This document shows, piece after piece, positions 9,704-19,687 of a stretch of DNA of 57,234 nt (within the stretch, counting starts at the first letter, position 1; each line of letters begins with the position of its first letter). The DNA is taken from IMG/VR virus record IMGVR_UViG_3300016484_000638, positions 1 through 57,234 of that record; one strand, 5' to 3'. The notes below the pieces were generated by a model. It was not told the origin of the DNA. It ran no database searches and worked only from the letters and a program-made list of their open reading frames with translations. The position numbers and the translations under genes are program-made. This DNA comes from a virus. Lineage: Duplodnaviria > Caudoviricetes.

Positions 9704-9940
9704 CTAATCTATAGATTCAGCTTTCTTAACACCAATACCGGCTTTATGTTTAATTAATTCTGAAATAATTATTAACATTTCAGGTGTTAAACCTTGTTTA
9801 TTAGTTATTGAACTATCAGGTATAAATCTAAATTCATCAGTTACCTTACCTAAAACCATTTCAAAATCTGAATAATATCTTACATTATTCAGTTCATCTA
9901 TATACATAGATGCTGAACTTTTTAACTTAATTGTTACCAC
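9704..9940 (-). CDS. Hypothetical protein
   Basis: ORF. Confidence 0.55.
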   Translation of the reverse strand: MVTIKLKSSASMYIDELNNVRYYSDFEMVLGKVTDEFRFIPDSSITNKQGLTPEMLIIISELIKHKAGIGVKKAESID

Positions 9941-10028
9941 TTTAATTACTTTTTATTTTTTCTATGTTCAATATATGCCCAAACACATACTAAGATTGGT
10001 GTTAGTATGGCGATAACTACCTCAATAT

Positions 10029-12236
10029 TCATCGTATAAGTGTTAAATGTCCATGTATAATCTTACGAGAATCATTATATTCTGACCCGTATTCTATTTT
10101 CCAAATGTAAACCCCATCAAGACACATCTTATTATCGTAAGTACCGTCCCAACCAACAGTATGGTTATGTGATTCAAATACCATTTGACCCCATCTATTG
10201 ATTATAAATAAATTATAGTCATACATATCAAAACCATCAGTAAATACTGGTAACCAAATATTGTTAACCGCATCACCATCAGGTGTGAATGTGTTAGGTA
10301 TATAGATTAACTCTTGTGGACACTCTTCTATTGCAATAGTAGCTTGTTCTTCATTAGAAACACAACCATTAACTGTTTGGGAAACGCTGATAGTATAGAA
10401 ACCAACATTATTCCAAACATAAGGTAAATTATTATCTTGTATTGTATCACCTTCAACAACCCAGTCAAACAACCCAGACAAAGATGAATAAGCAGCATAA
10501 ACTCTAAAAATACTATCACCCTCACAAAGTTCACGAAATTCATAAGATGGTATTATAGATGTTATAATAGGTTGTGGGTTTACAATAACATTAATTGTTG
10601 TATCAAATGAACAGTTACTTTGTGTGTAAGTGTATGTTACGTTATTATTAGTTATAATACCTTGTTCTGGACAGAACTCATCAGTTTGAACTCCATTCAC
10701 CAAGAAAGTACCATTTAAAGGTGTACCAACCAAATCTACACAACCATCGTAATCACAAAAAGGCCCGATAGGGTCTATTGTTGGGTTTATATCTAAAACA
10801 AATGTAGTAAAGTAAGATGTATCACTACTACACCCATTAGGACTAACTGAATACACACTTACAGAGTCTTGATATAAACCACTAGGTTCTAATGACCAGT
10901 CCGTAGTTATAGTATCTGTACCCTGACCACCCAATAATTGGGGAGTAGTTGACCATACATAAGTGTAACCAGCACCCATAGAAGGTACGTTATAGGACTC
11001 TAAAGATGATAAGTAACATATTGTATCTGGACCGTTAATTGGGTTCATTATTATTTGTGGTGGATTAGTAAGGGTTACATTACCAGACACCGTACAACCA
11101 ATACCATCAGTAATTAAAAAACTATAATTACCACTACAAAGATTGTTTGGATTAAAAGAAGTTTGTAAGGTATTCCAGGATATTGTTGTCACACCATTAG
11201 TACCATTTGGAATTACGTTTATGTCACCATCACAAAAATTATGACATGTTGGATTGTTAAAAGTAACTATAGGTTGTGGTAAGTTAGGTGGTCCAGGTTG
11301 TACAAATACTGTATCAGGTCCAGGTCCCACTGAAGCATTACAAGTCGACCATCCAGCATTACAGGTTGGATAAACAAAATGACAAGTATAGTTAGCACCC
11401 GCAGTAGGTGGTGTAACAGTAATAGTCGGACCAGTACCAATTGGATTAGGATTACCAACTTGATACCAAGTTAGAACTGGATTAACAACAGGCCCACTTG
11501 GAGTCCATCTCCAAGAATCATTATTTGTTACCCAAGCAGTTGAGTTTCTACCAGGTACTGTAATACCAATAGTTCCAGCTAAATTATGAATACCCTGAAC
11601 TGCGGTTCCTCCTTGCCATTGAATACAAGCCGGTTTACTTTGTATATGATTTTCAATTACATTAGTAGATTCGTAAATAACAATATGGAACGTACCTTGA
11701 TTCCCAGTACAAGAGAACATAGGAACACCAACCCAACTAACTGTTAGTTTTCTACAAGGAGCCACACCTGAAGTTTGATATTTAATCTGGCCACCAAGTC
11801 CTGGATGCCAATCTTGCCAAGGACCCATTATACAATTTTTAGGTACTAACCCATTTCCAGTTGGTATTGTTTGTGAAGTAAACGTAGTAGGTTGAGCGGC
11901 TGAAAAAGATATCCACCCATTCGAACCGATATAAAATTGGGTATAAGTAGTTCCAAAGAAGCAAAAGTTAAATCCAATATTAAAAGGACCTTGTTGTGAA
12001 TCATCGGTCATAAAAACGTTAGTACCCGTATTGGTCTGAGCAACATATGGGATATTTGTTACACCATAGTTTGTTGTTTGGTTAGGGTTTGTACCTGCCA
12101 CACATTGTGATAAGTCAGCCGTTAATGTTGTTGACCCAACACCACAAGGTAATATCTGGTCTGGCCCTAAATAAGGACAATATTGTGAATAACCAAAAAA
12201 GGTTATAAAAATAAATAAATACTTTAATAATTTCAT
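10029..12236 (-). CDS. Secreted adhesin-like protein with T9SS type-B (gliding motility-associated, CHU_C) C-terminal domain
   Basis: Signal peptide; SprB-like repeat; 'YIPNTFTPDGDAVN...INRWG...WDG...DGVYIW...GHLTLIR'. Confidence 0.85.
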   Translation of the reverse strand: MKLLKYLFIFITFFGYSQYCPYLGPDQILPCGVGSTTLTADLSQCVAGTNPNQTTNYGVTNIPYVAQTNTGTNVFMTDDSQQGPFNIGFNFCFFGTTYTQFYIGSNGWISFSAAQPTTFTSQTIPTGNGLVPKNCIMGPWQDWHPGLGGQIKYQTSGVAPCRKLTVSWVGVPMFSCTGNQGTFHIVIYESTNVIENHIQSKPACIQWQGGTAVQGIHNLAGTIGITVPGRNSTAWVTNNDSWRWTPSGPVVNPVLTWYQVGNPNPIGTGPTITVTPPTAGANYTCHFVYPTCNAGWSTCNASVGPGPDTVFVQPGPPNLPQPIVTFNNPTCHNFCDGDINVIPNGTNGVTTISWNTLQTSFNPNNLCSGNYSFLITDGIGCTVSGNVTLTNPPQIIMNPINGPDTICYLSSLESYNVPSMGAGYTYVWSTTPQLLGGQGTDTITTDWSLEPSGLYQDSVSVYSVSPNGCSSDTSYFTTFVLDINPTIDPIGPFCDYDGCVDLVGTPLNGTFLVNGVQTDEFCPEQGIITNNNVTYTYTQSNCSFDTTINVIVNPQPIITSIIPSYEFRELCEGDSIFRVYAAYSSLSGLFDWVVEGDTIQDNNLPYVWNNVGFYTISVSQTVNGCVSNEEQATIAIEECPQELIYIPNTFTPDGDAVNNIWLPVFTDGFDMYDYNLFIINRWGQMVFESHNHTVGWDGTYDNKMCLDGVYIWKIEYGSEYNDSRKIIHGHLTLIR

Positions 12237-12302
12237 ACTATTATAAATATGTTAACTTGATTGAGTTTTGTTGTTAGATGTGCATTTGACCGCTGCCATT
12301 TA

Positions 12303-12764
12303 TCATTCGGTCAATTTAAACTTACTTCTTTTTTTTAAAACCATAGATTCACTAGATTTTTCTAATTCATTGTGTAGAGTTTTAGTCATTTCAACGACAA
12401 CATTCACAAAAACATTTTTGTCTTCTTCTTTTATATTAAATACAGGTCTACTATCAATCTCATTAACATAAGCCTTTTCATTAATCATCTGAGTTACCAT
12501 TTGTAATGCCCAAATACGCATCAATTGTACATTAATTTCTGGTTTCTCACTGTCTGTTTCATTGTATAAATTCCAATTCATACGACCACCACTTTTATAT
12601 AAATTATAATCATGGTTTAATTCAGTATCAAGACTTACATTTAAGGGTATACCACCTAAATCTTTGGCAGTTTTGTTCATAGTAGAAACATCACCAATAT
12701 CACTAGGTTCATTAATATAATACTCTGGTTGTAATTTAATGTGAAAAGGTTTTTCAAATTTCAT
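12303..12764 (-). CDS. Hypothetical protein
   Basis: ORF. Confidence 0.65.
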   Translation of the reverse strand: MKFEKPFHIKLQPEYYINEPSDIGDVSTMNKTAKDLGGIPLNVSLDTELNHDYNLYKSGGRMNWNLYNETDSEKPEINVQLMRIWALQMVTQMINEKAYVNEIDSRPVFNIKEEDKNVFVNVVVEMTKTLHNELEKSSESMVLKKRSKFKLTE

Positions 12765-13203
12765 CTTCTTCTCCTTTAATAATATTAATAACTTTTTCTA
12801 TTTTACTTTCTTTTTTCTTTGCCGGTCTTACTGATATACTTTCTTTATCGTTTATAACAGTATCACCTATATGTAGATTAATCACTTTGTGTTTTCTACC
12901 CTCAGATAAATTTAGTTTAATCCTTACGATATCCTCCCTATCAGATTCTATTTCAATAGTATTAAGATCTTTTGGTATTATGTTTATCCCTGATTCATCA
13001 TATATAATCTCAAAATAATTAGATAAACTATCGGCCCACGCTAAATCTATTTTATATAAAATTTCTTCAGACTTAACCCAGTAATTTTTACCACCAAGTG
13101 ATACTTCATAAGAACCGTTGGCCATAAAAGATGAAGGTAGATTGATTATTTTAACCTCTCTACCGTCCATCAATTTTACTATATCACCTTTTTTTAATTC
13201 CAC
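12754..13203 (-). CDS. Hypothetical protein (N-terminal KOW/SH3-like)
   Basis: LKKGDIVKLMDGREVKI. Confidence 0.6.
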   Translation of the reverse strand: MELKKGDIVKLMDGREVKIINLPSSFMANGSYEVSLGGKNYWVKSEEILYKIDLAWADSLSNYFEIIYDESGINIIPKDLNTIEIESDREDIVRIKLNLSEGRKHKVINLHIGDTVINDKESISVRPAKKKESKIEKVINIIKGEEDEI

Positions 13204-14186
13204 CCTTCAACATTTGGAGAAATATCTGGCCCCATTACCTCAGAATCACTTATTGGTGATTGTTTGATTGCTATTTTTTCCATTACCTCAAATGTGTCCT
13301 CCATTTCAGTATAAGTCGCTTCACCAATGTATTCGAATTGTCCCGTTGCCAACCCCAAGTTCGCATATTCTTGATTTATTGGTTCGTCAACATTAACCTC
13401 CTCATAAAATATGGGTTGTAACATAGCTTTACTACCAAAATATGAAGAGTTTTTAATTTCTTCATCAGAAAACAATTCAATGTTCTTTGGGTTTTTATCT
13501 ATAAATGACTTTTCCATGATAATCTGTAATAAATTAAAAGGTAACCCAGATTGCATCGAATCTATTCTACTATCTAAAGTGTTCCAAATAGAAAACTCCT
13601 CATCTGATGAATAAACACCAAACTTTTTACCTTCTATTTTATCGATAACATAAATTAATATCCCCTCTCTAGAGTAACGATAAAAATAAGATGGTTCGGT
13701 TTTCATAGCAGTACACCATTTAGTACCAGAACCATAAGCTAAAGAAGCTTTAAATGATAAAGGTTTTAAAATTAAGTAATTAGAATCTTCGTAAATACGT
13801 TCAATCTGTTTAGTTAACTCTTTATCAATAAGTTTTAACTCTGCTTTACCATTTTCAGTTAAAAAATCTTCCCATGAATTATATTCATTTATATCAGTCT
13901 TTTCTATCCTGTTGTTTTCCAAATGTTGATTAAACTGGTTAAGAATATCCAAATTATGATCACCACCCACAAAATCTTTTAAGATAGAAATCATAGTATA
14001 TTCGATTCTACTTTTATATTTAAGTTTCTTAATATAATAGTCTTCATCATAAGCATTATATTTATCGAACTGTTTTAATAGAAAAGGTAAATACTTACTT
14101 TTCCCACTTGGATCAATCATTGATAGGTAATCAATCAATGACATATCATATTCACTGTATTGTTTTTTTAATTCTTTTTTTCCCAT
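13194..14186 (-). CDS. YGxxTKWC-family protein (paralog 1)
   Basis: DPSGKSKYL, DINEY, ASLAYGSGTKWCT. Confidence 0.75.
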   Translation of the reverse strand: MGKKELKKQYSEYDMSLIDYLSMIDPSGKSKYLPFLLKQFDKYNAYDEDYYIKKLKYKSRIEYTMISILKDFVGGDHNLDILNQFNQHLENNRIEKTDINEYNSWEDFLTENGKAELKLIDKELTKQIERIYEDSNYLILKPLSFKASLAYGSGTKWCTAMKTEPSYFYRYSREGILIYVIDKIEGKKFGVYSSDEEFSIWNTLDSRIDSMQSGLPFNLLQIIMEKSFIDKNPKNIELFSDEEIKNSSYFGSKAMLQPIFYEEVNVDEPINQEYANLGLATGQFEYIGEATYTEMEDTFEVMEKIAIKQSPISDSEVMGPDISPNVEGWN

Positions 14187-14241
14187 TATTTTAATAAATT
14201 ATAAGTTAATTTTAATAATTTAAAATCACTTAGTAAATAGG

Positions 14242-14562
14242 TTAATCTAAATTTTTAATAATACCTGCGTGTTCAGTTTGTACGGCTTTACCGTATATTG
14301 TTTTTGTCCAACCGTTCTCCCAACCATCATAGTTAGCTATCATCCAACCTCTTTTGGGGTCTTTCTTAGTAATGATGTGTGCATCAATGTACCATCCAGA
14401 AACTTTACAAAAAACAACATCACCAATGTTATAATCGTCTTGTTTAACAAATGTGATTTTACTTCCAGATTTAATTAAAGGTAACATAGAGTTACCAAAA
14501 CATTTCATACTACCAGTACCTAAAGTATTTAGGTCTATTTGTAGTCTCTCAAATTTATTCAT
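14242..14562 (-). CDS. S24/S26-like peptidase domain protein
   Basis: GNSMLPLIKSG, GDVVF, H. Confidence 0.6.
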   Translation of the reverse strand: MNKFERLQIDLNTLGTGSMKCFGNSMLPLIKSGSKITFVKQDDYNIGDVVFCKVSGWYIDAHIITKKDPKRGWMIANYDGWENGWTKTIYGKAVQTEHAGIIKNLD

Positions 14563-14894
14563 ATTTTATTTATTTTATTGTATATTAGTTCGTAATCATC
14601 AGGGAATAATTTGACCCATATTTCAGTAGGTGAGTATAAATTTTTTAACGTATCACGTCTCTCATTTAAAGGTACCAAATCTTCTATTTTTAAATCATCT
14701 GACCATCTAAAAGATAACCAACCAACACATCTAAGGTCTAAAGGTGTATTAACTTTGGCGTAACCAATACTTCTAATTTGGTCGTATATAGAATCTTTCT
14801 TTAAATCTAGATTCAATCTATCTTCTCTATAACCATAATGAGACATCCATTCTATCTCATTAGAAACTAATTTCCATAGTTTTTCTTTTTCCAT
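14559..14894 (-). CDS. Hypothetical protein
   Basis: ORF. Confidence 0.65.
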   Translation of the reverse strand: MEKEKLWKLVSNEIEWMSHYGYREDRLNLDLKKDSIYDQIRSIGYAKVNTPLDLRCVGWLSFRWSDDLKIEDLVPLNERRDTLKNLYSPTEIWVKLFPDDYELIYNKINKI

Positions 14895-14909
14895 ATTTTA
14901 ATTAAATAA

Positions 14910-14934
14910 AAAAGGTCACATCTCTGTGACCTTT
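14910..14934. terminator. Intrinsic terminator hairpin
   Basis: AAAGGTCACA-TCTC-TGTGACCTTT with T-tract on minus strand. Confidence 0.7.
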
Positions 14935-14937
14935 ATA

Positions 14938-15849
14938 TTATCTTACAATTTTTTCTGTTGTACCATCCTGATATACCACAATTACCAACCCTCTAACATC
15001 ATCATTTACTATTTGACCTAGTAAATTTGTAAAATATAACACTTCTTTTGTTTTACCAGCATTATTGACCGATATTGTTTTAAACATTTCTGATTTACCA
15101 TCAAAATCAATTTGAGATAGTCGATAATAGTTAATACCTGATTCATAAGTGAAATCTCTGAAACTATAATCAATCTGACTTGTTGAGTTACCAGCACCCT
15201 TCTGATTAGTTATTACAGACCAATTAATACCATCTGTTGAGCGCTCTAGCAAATAATAATCATTATTATGCTCAGAAGCACTTGACCAAGTTAGTAAATT
15301 ATAATTAGATTGGTTTGAGCCATTAAACGATATCAATTCAATTGGTAGCATTGGATTACACATAATTTTAAAATTTGATAATTTATATCCACTATATCTA
15401 AGTATATTATCTGATATAAATGTGAATCTAAAGTTAAAATTATTAGAACTAGGTACAACATTTGAAATATTTGTTACAGATGGGAAATTACCAGTCCAAC
15501 CAATACCAGACCCATACGGATTAACCCATGTAAATCCACCATCTAAAGAATATTCTAAGAATAAAAAATCATATCCATATTCAGCATTTCCTATAATATC
15601 AAAAGAGATATTAACGGTACTAGCATTAGAACATGTTGTATTTATAATCGGTGATGTATATGTTGAATTAATATTATTCGCATAATTACCAGTACAATTA
15701 GTGGTTACAACCGAACAAGCTGGTCTCCATTGTAATGCACCAACATTTACCCACCCTGGGTCAACACCTGACGTCCAACTATAAACTGTTTGACTTAAAC
15801 TTAATTGTGTCACCAAGATTAGTAACATAGTTAAAAATAATTTTTTCAT
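14938..15849 (-). CDS. Secreted Bacteroidota-type protein (T9SS-cargo-like)
   Basis: Signal peptide; 'LPIELISF..W.SASE.NN...YYRLSQIDFDG'; 'NLLGQ' C-terminus. Confidence 0.75.
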   Translation of the reverse strand: MKKLFLTMLLILVTQLSLSQTVYSWTSGVDPGWVNVGALQWRPACSVVTTNCTGNYANNINSTYTSPIINTTCSNASTVNISFDIIGNAEYGYDFLFLEYSLDGGFTWVNPYGSGIGWTGNFPSVTNISNVVPSSNNFNFRFTFISDNILRYSGYKLSNFKIMCNPMLPIELISFNGSNQSNYNLLTWSSASEHNNDYYLLERSTDGINWSVITNQKGAGNSTSQIDYSFRDFTYESGINYYRLSQIDFDGKSEMFKTISVNNAGKTKEVLYFTNLLGQIVNDDVRGLVIVVYQDGTTEKIVR

Positions 15850-15921
15850 TTTTTTTTGTTTTTAGTTTTTATAAAAAAAGGACTCTTTATTATATAAATA
15901 TAAAGAGCCCTTTAAAAATTG

Positions 15922-15989
15922 AGCGGGTGAATGGTTCGATACACTATCCTCTAACTGGAAGTCAGATACTTTCGTTAAGCTACACCCGC
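15922..15989 (-). tRNA. tRNA-Gly(TCC), degenerate D and T arms
   Basis: GCGGGTG/CACCCGC acceptor; TCTGA-CTTCCAG-TTAGA; U73. Confidence 0.65.
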
Positions 15990-16193
15990 TTGTATGGGTA
16001 ATCCTAAAATTACCCATTATATAAATTAACTTTGGAGTCTTTTTCTATATTTATGACTTCAGATATCATCCACGATCAATTACTAATCTTTCCGAATACC
16101 TAGTCTATTTTTTAACTTTTGTAGACTCTCTCGTTAAACAACAATACAATATTAGTACTTTAATTTTGAATTGTCAACAGGTTAAATAAAAAA

Positions 16194-16949
16194 TTAATCA
16201 TTTAACATGTATTTTTCTGCTGCCCAGATACCATTAATAGTACATTCAGCAAACATTTTTACAATGTAATTACCGTTCCATTCAACAACCTTATCAAAGG
16301 CTAACATTTTATATTCAAAATTTAATGGGTTACCACCTGGTGTTGTGAAATACATTTTAGTAATGTTAACAAAATCTGTTACTCTAGGGTTTCTAGATAA
16401 ATCAATAACCTCTGAGATTACAGACCTATCTTGGGTGGATGTAGGTATGTAAAATTCTATTAATTTATTTTTACCATCTATATCTCTAACCAATACTAAA
16501 TTAGAAGCTTGTTCAATCTTATTTCTAGGGAAAATACCTCTCTGTACTTTAATAGGTTTGATTTTTTCTTCAACTTCATAAACACCTTTAGACATTTCCA
16601 TGTTATCAACTGTAACCTCAACTGGGTAAGTATCATAGGGGTCACCCTTAGCATTTTTTCTACTATTAATTTCTGCCTCAGTTAATATTTGGAAATCACC
16701 ATCAGAACCCCATCTAACTTTAAACTTCTCAGATTCTCTTAAAAGTTTATAATGGTGTTCTCTAAATTGTTTCACTTCTTGTGTTAATCTACCTTGTTTT
16801 AAGTCATTCATTAAAGTATTTTGTCTATAAGGATTGACGACACCTGTTTGGTTACCAACACCTTCATCACTTTGACTTAAAGAATCCTGTTCTACCTTAC
16901 CTGTTGCTAAAGCAAAGGTAATTAATCCTTTTTTAATCCAATTACTCAT
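16194..16949 (-). CDS. Hypothetical protein
   Basis: 251-aa ORF. Confidence 0.75.
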   Translation of the reverse strand: MSNWIKKGLITFALATGKVEQDSLSQSDEGVGNQTGVVNPYRQNTLMNDLKQGRLTQEVKQFREHHYKLLRESEKFKVRWGSDGDFQILTEAEINSRKNAKGDPYDTYPVEVTVDNMEMSKGVYEVEEKIKPIKVQRGIFPRNKIEQASNLVLVRDIDGKNKLIEFYIPTSTQDRSVISEVIDLSRNPRVTDFVNITKMYFTTPGGNPLNFEYKMLAFDKVVEWNGNYIVKMFAECTINGIWAAEKYMLND

Positions 16950-17560
16950 TTTAATCCTTTGTTTATATCAGATAAAGAAAATATAAATAATTCTTTACCT
17001 ATCTTTTGGTTCCAAAATCTAGTAGATGTCTGAGATTTCTTTTTGTCAGAAATTTTTAACAACCATTCCTCTTCAGACTTATCTACATTAGTAACCATGT
17101 TATCATTTAACAAAACTTGGCGTACATATTTTAACATTTTATCTACTTGTTCTGTATACTCTTCTTTTGTTAATTGTTTTTTAGACGTTGATTCATCTTC
17201 ATAGTTGTCAGAGAACTCAACGGCAAAGTCTACAATAGGGTTAGATTCAGGTGTTGCTTTAGATAATAAAAATTCTTTATTCTCAACGATTTTCTCCAAT
17301 AACAAAGACAATAAATTTTCCAAATCAAAATTAGGACCAACCCTTCTATATAATCTTCTAATAATTGGCATACTACACTCCTCTAGAAGATTAAAATCAT
17401 CTTTAGGTAATTTACTAATAACTACGTTAGATAATATAATACGTACTGTATTATCATATAATGTCGCCAATTCCTCCTTTTCCCAAATAGGTAAGCCATC
17501 TATCAATCCAGTTGGTTCCCATCTTGAGATAACTTCCATATCTAAATTAATTTCTGACAT
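16946..17560 (-). CDS. Hypothetical protein; N-terminus resembles major capsid protein N-termini
   Basis: ISRWEPTGLIDGL...LYDN...PIIRR. Confidence 0.6.
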   Translation of the reverse strand: MSEINLDMEVISRWEPTGLIDGLPIWEKEELATLYDNTVRIILSNVVISKLPKDDFNLLEECSMPIIRRLYRRVGPNFDLENLLSLLLEKIVENKEFLLSKATPESNPIVDFAVEFSDNYEDESTSKKQLTKEEYTEQVDKMLKYVRQVLLNDNMVTNVDKSEEEWLLKISDKKKSQTSTRFWNQKIGKELFIFSLSDINKGLK

Positions 17561-17561
17561 A

Positions 17562-18221
17562 TTATCCTATTAATTCTTTTGTTGTTATATAACTTAAATC
17601 AATTATTTCTTTAGGTTTTATATCTGCATCTGGTGATGTTTGTGAAATGATAATATCTTCTTTTCTAAATGGTTGTCCATTTGTATTAACATTAGCATCA
17701 CTAACTACCATAACAGTATAACCCCTTTTTAATAAACCTAAAACCGTCATTCCTACCTCAACACCATAAACTACAAACGTAGGTCTTTCCATAAATGGTA
17801 CACCTAAATTGTGTATTATTGCCTCAAAAAATGAGTTACCCTCAAATAACTCAACCACTTTTTTAGTTACAACAATATTTCTATTACTGTGTATGTGTTG
17901 GAACGCTAAACCGTTAGGTTGTTCCCAATTAAGTAAGTAAAACTTATCTGGTGCTGTTTGATTCATAAATCTAGCCCCTTTAGTATCTTTGATACAATGT
18001 TTCGGGAACGTTTCTCTATAATCAGGTAATTCAGAAAAGAATGGTGAATCATCTTTAAACCATCTTATTGAACTAACGGTTTTAATGTTATTATCATTAG
18101 CTACTTTAGTTAAAGCAGCTAAGTTTGTAAGAATAGAATCACCATTAGGTATGTCTACAGTACCTTCACTAAAAAAGTCTTGTTGAGTGTCAACGTTAAA
18201 AAATACAAAACTAGCACTCAT
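17562..18221 (-). CDS. Isochorismatase/nicotinamidase-like protein (nucleophilic Cys not evident)
   Basis: VDTQQDF, FPKHC, YGVEVGMTV. Confidence 0.75.
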   Translation of the reverse strand: MSASFVFFNVDTQQDFFSEGTVDIPNGDSILTNLAALTKVANDNNIKTVSSIRWFKDDSPFFSELPDYRETFPKHCIKDTKGARFMNQTAPDKFYLLNWEQPNGLAFQHIHSNRNIVVTKKVVELFEGNSFFEAIIHNLGVPFMERPTFVVYGVEVGMTVLGLLKRGYTVMVVSDANVNTNGQPFRKEDIIISQTSPDADIKPKEIIDLSYITTKELIG

Positions 18222-18222
18222 A

Positions 18223-18402
18223 TTACTTAGTATTAATTACGTACCACTTAGTAACGTTACCTTCTTTATTTAAATCATTAACAATGTCAGTTATTTCACT
18301 CTCTTTATTAACATAAAAAGATAATGTATTTCTTAAAATCATTTTACCATTATCTTCTTTTTCTTTTTTAACATTTTTTAAATGTACTGTCAATCTTTTC
18401 AT
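18223..18402 (-). CDS. Small hypothetical protein (not in ORF track)
   Basis: MKRLTVHLK...KWYVINTK*, translationally coupled. Confidence 0.55.
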   Translation of the reverse strand: MKRLTVHLKNVKKEKEDNGKMILRNTLSFYVNKESEITDIVNDLNKEGNVTKWYVINTK

Positions 18403-18596
18403 CTTCTATTTAATTTTTCAATTTTATTTAAAACAATAGTCTCCTCAACCCAACTAGATAAATCGTAGTAGTCTGGTAAAATTTCAGTACCAAATTTTTT
18501 AATGAAATCAAACTTCATATTAAAAGGTAACTCAACGCTCTCAAATGTATTTTCATTTTCATTAAATGAAAGAATATTATAATAATTATTCTCCAT
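18399..18596 (-). CDS. Hypothetical protein
   Basis: ORF. Confidence 0.55.
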   Translation of the reverse strand: MENNYYNILSFNENENTFESVELPFNMKFDFIKKFGTEILPDYYDLSSWVEETIVLNKIEKLNRR

Positions 18597-18798
18597 TTTC
18601 TTTTGGGTTTAAACTCTTTAGGATCCCTTCAAAATAAGAACCTTTATCTTTAGCGTCTTTAAAAACACCTAACAGATAATCAACATCACCTTCGTCTCCT
18701 TCACCACTAAATAAAATTTTATTTATTTTAGCAACAGAAGATTTCATTTCATATTGATACTTAGCTCTAATAGCTTCAATTAATTTTTCATCCATCAT
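18586..18798 (-). CDS. Hypothetical protein
   Basis: ORF. Confidence 0.55.
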   Translation of the reverse strand: MMDEKLIEAIRAKYQYEMKSSVAKINKILFSGEGDEGDVDYLLGVFKDAKDKGSYFEGILKSLNPKENGE

Positions 18799-19427
18799 AA
18801 TGATTTAATTTTAGCTTGCATAATAACCTCTGACATAGATTTAAGCGTATTACTATTCTCCAACCAACAAACGGCAACTAATGATTTAGCATCGATTAAT
18901 TGGTATGGTGGTATAATCTTACCCTCAACACCTTGTTCCAAATTAGCGAACGGGTCTTGGAAGAAAATCCTGCCTCCTGAACCTAATTGTGATACCTCAA
19001 TGATTTTAATTCTCTCATCACCAATACCACCACCTTCATTAACTTGTTCACTTACTTCTACATAAAATAAAGAACAAATTTCATCAGTTCTACCTGGTGA
19101 TGTATAAAAATCGAAAACATGTTCCATTGCATCGACTTTATATCCAGTCTCCTCCATGATTTCTCTTTTTAAGGCCTCTTCTGGAGTCTCATTCTCATCA
19201 ATTTTTCCTGCGACAATCTCAACCATAACTCCGTCAACTGGGGCTCTATACTGTTCAACAAAAATATATTTATTTTTAACAGTATCTTTAACAATACCGG
19301 CTACAACGTTACTTAATTTAACGATTTCTCTCTCTATTGTTTTTTCACCGTTATCAATAGTAATACTCTCAACACTATTGACACCCTCAAAAACAATTTT
19401 TCTATCTTTTATTTCGTAATTAGACAT
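18795..19427 (-). CDS. NUDIX hydrolase (ADP-ribose pyrophosphatase-like)
   Basis: QYRAP; AGKIDENETPEEALKREIMEETG Nudix box; YTSPG. Confidence 0.9.
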   Translation of the reverse strand: MSNYEIKDRKIVFEGVNSVESITIDNGEKTIEREIVKLSNVVAGIVKDTVKNKYIFVEQYRAPVDGVMVEIVAGKIDENETPEEALKREIMEETGYKVDAMEHVFDFYTSPGRTDEICSLFYVEVSEQVNEGGGIGDERIKIIEVSQLGSGGRIFFQDPFANLEQGVEGKIIPPYQLIDAKSLVAVCWLENSNTLKSMSEVIMQAKIKSL

Positions 19428-19428
19428 A

Positions 19429-19599
19429 TTATGCTTCGTTTTCGTTTAATTTATCTACTTCAGACTGAACTTCAGTGTTGAACTGTTGTTTAAATTTCTC
19501 TCTAAAATTTTTCAAAAAGGCATTCTTTTTCTCTTTTTGTCTTTGTTTAAACGCCTCAACTTTTTGTTTGTGATTTTTTCTGTGTCTACTCTTAGCCAT
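19429..19599 (-). CDS. Small basic protein (not in ORF track)
   Basis: MAKSRHRKNHKQKV... Confidence 0.55.
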   Translation of the reverse strand: MAKSRHRKNHKQKVEAFKQRQKEKKNAFLKNFREKFKQQFNTEVQSEVDKLNENEA

Positions 19600-19687
19600 A
19601 CTATAACTTAAATTTAAAATACATTATTTATTTAGATAAGGTTAATGTATTTAATTAAGTTTTTAAAGCTTTTAAAACAGTATTATT

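Noticed and set aside
15990-16160. Possible third attenuator before lone tRNA-Gly (19-aa ORF MISEVINIEKDSKVNLYNG plus hairpin)
   Set aside because: Only one Gly codon (GGG) and the hairpin has no T-tract; not supported
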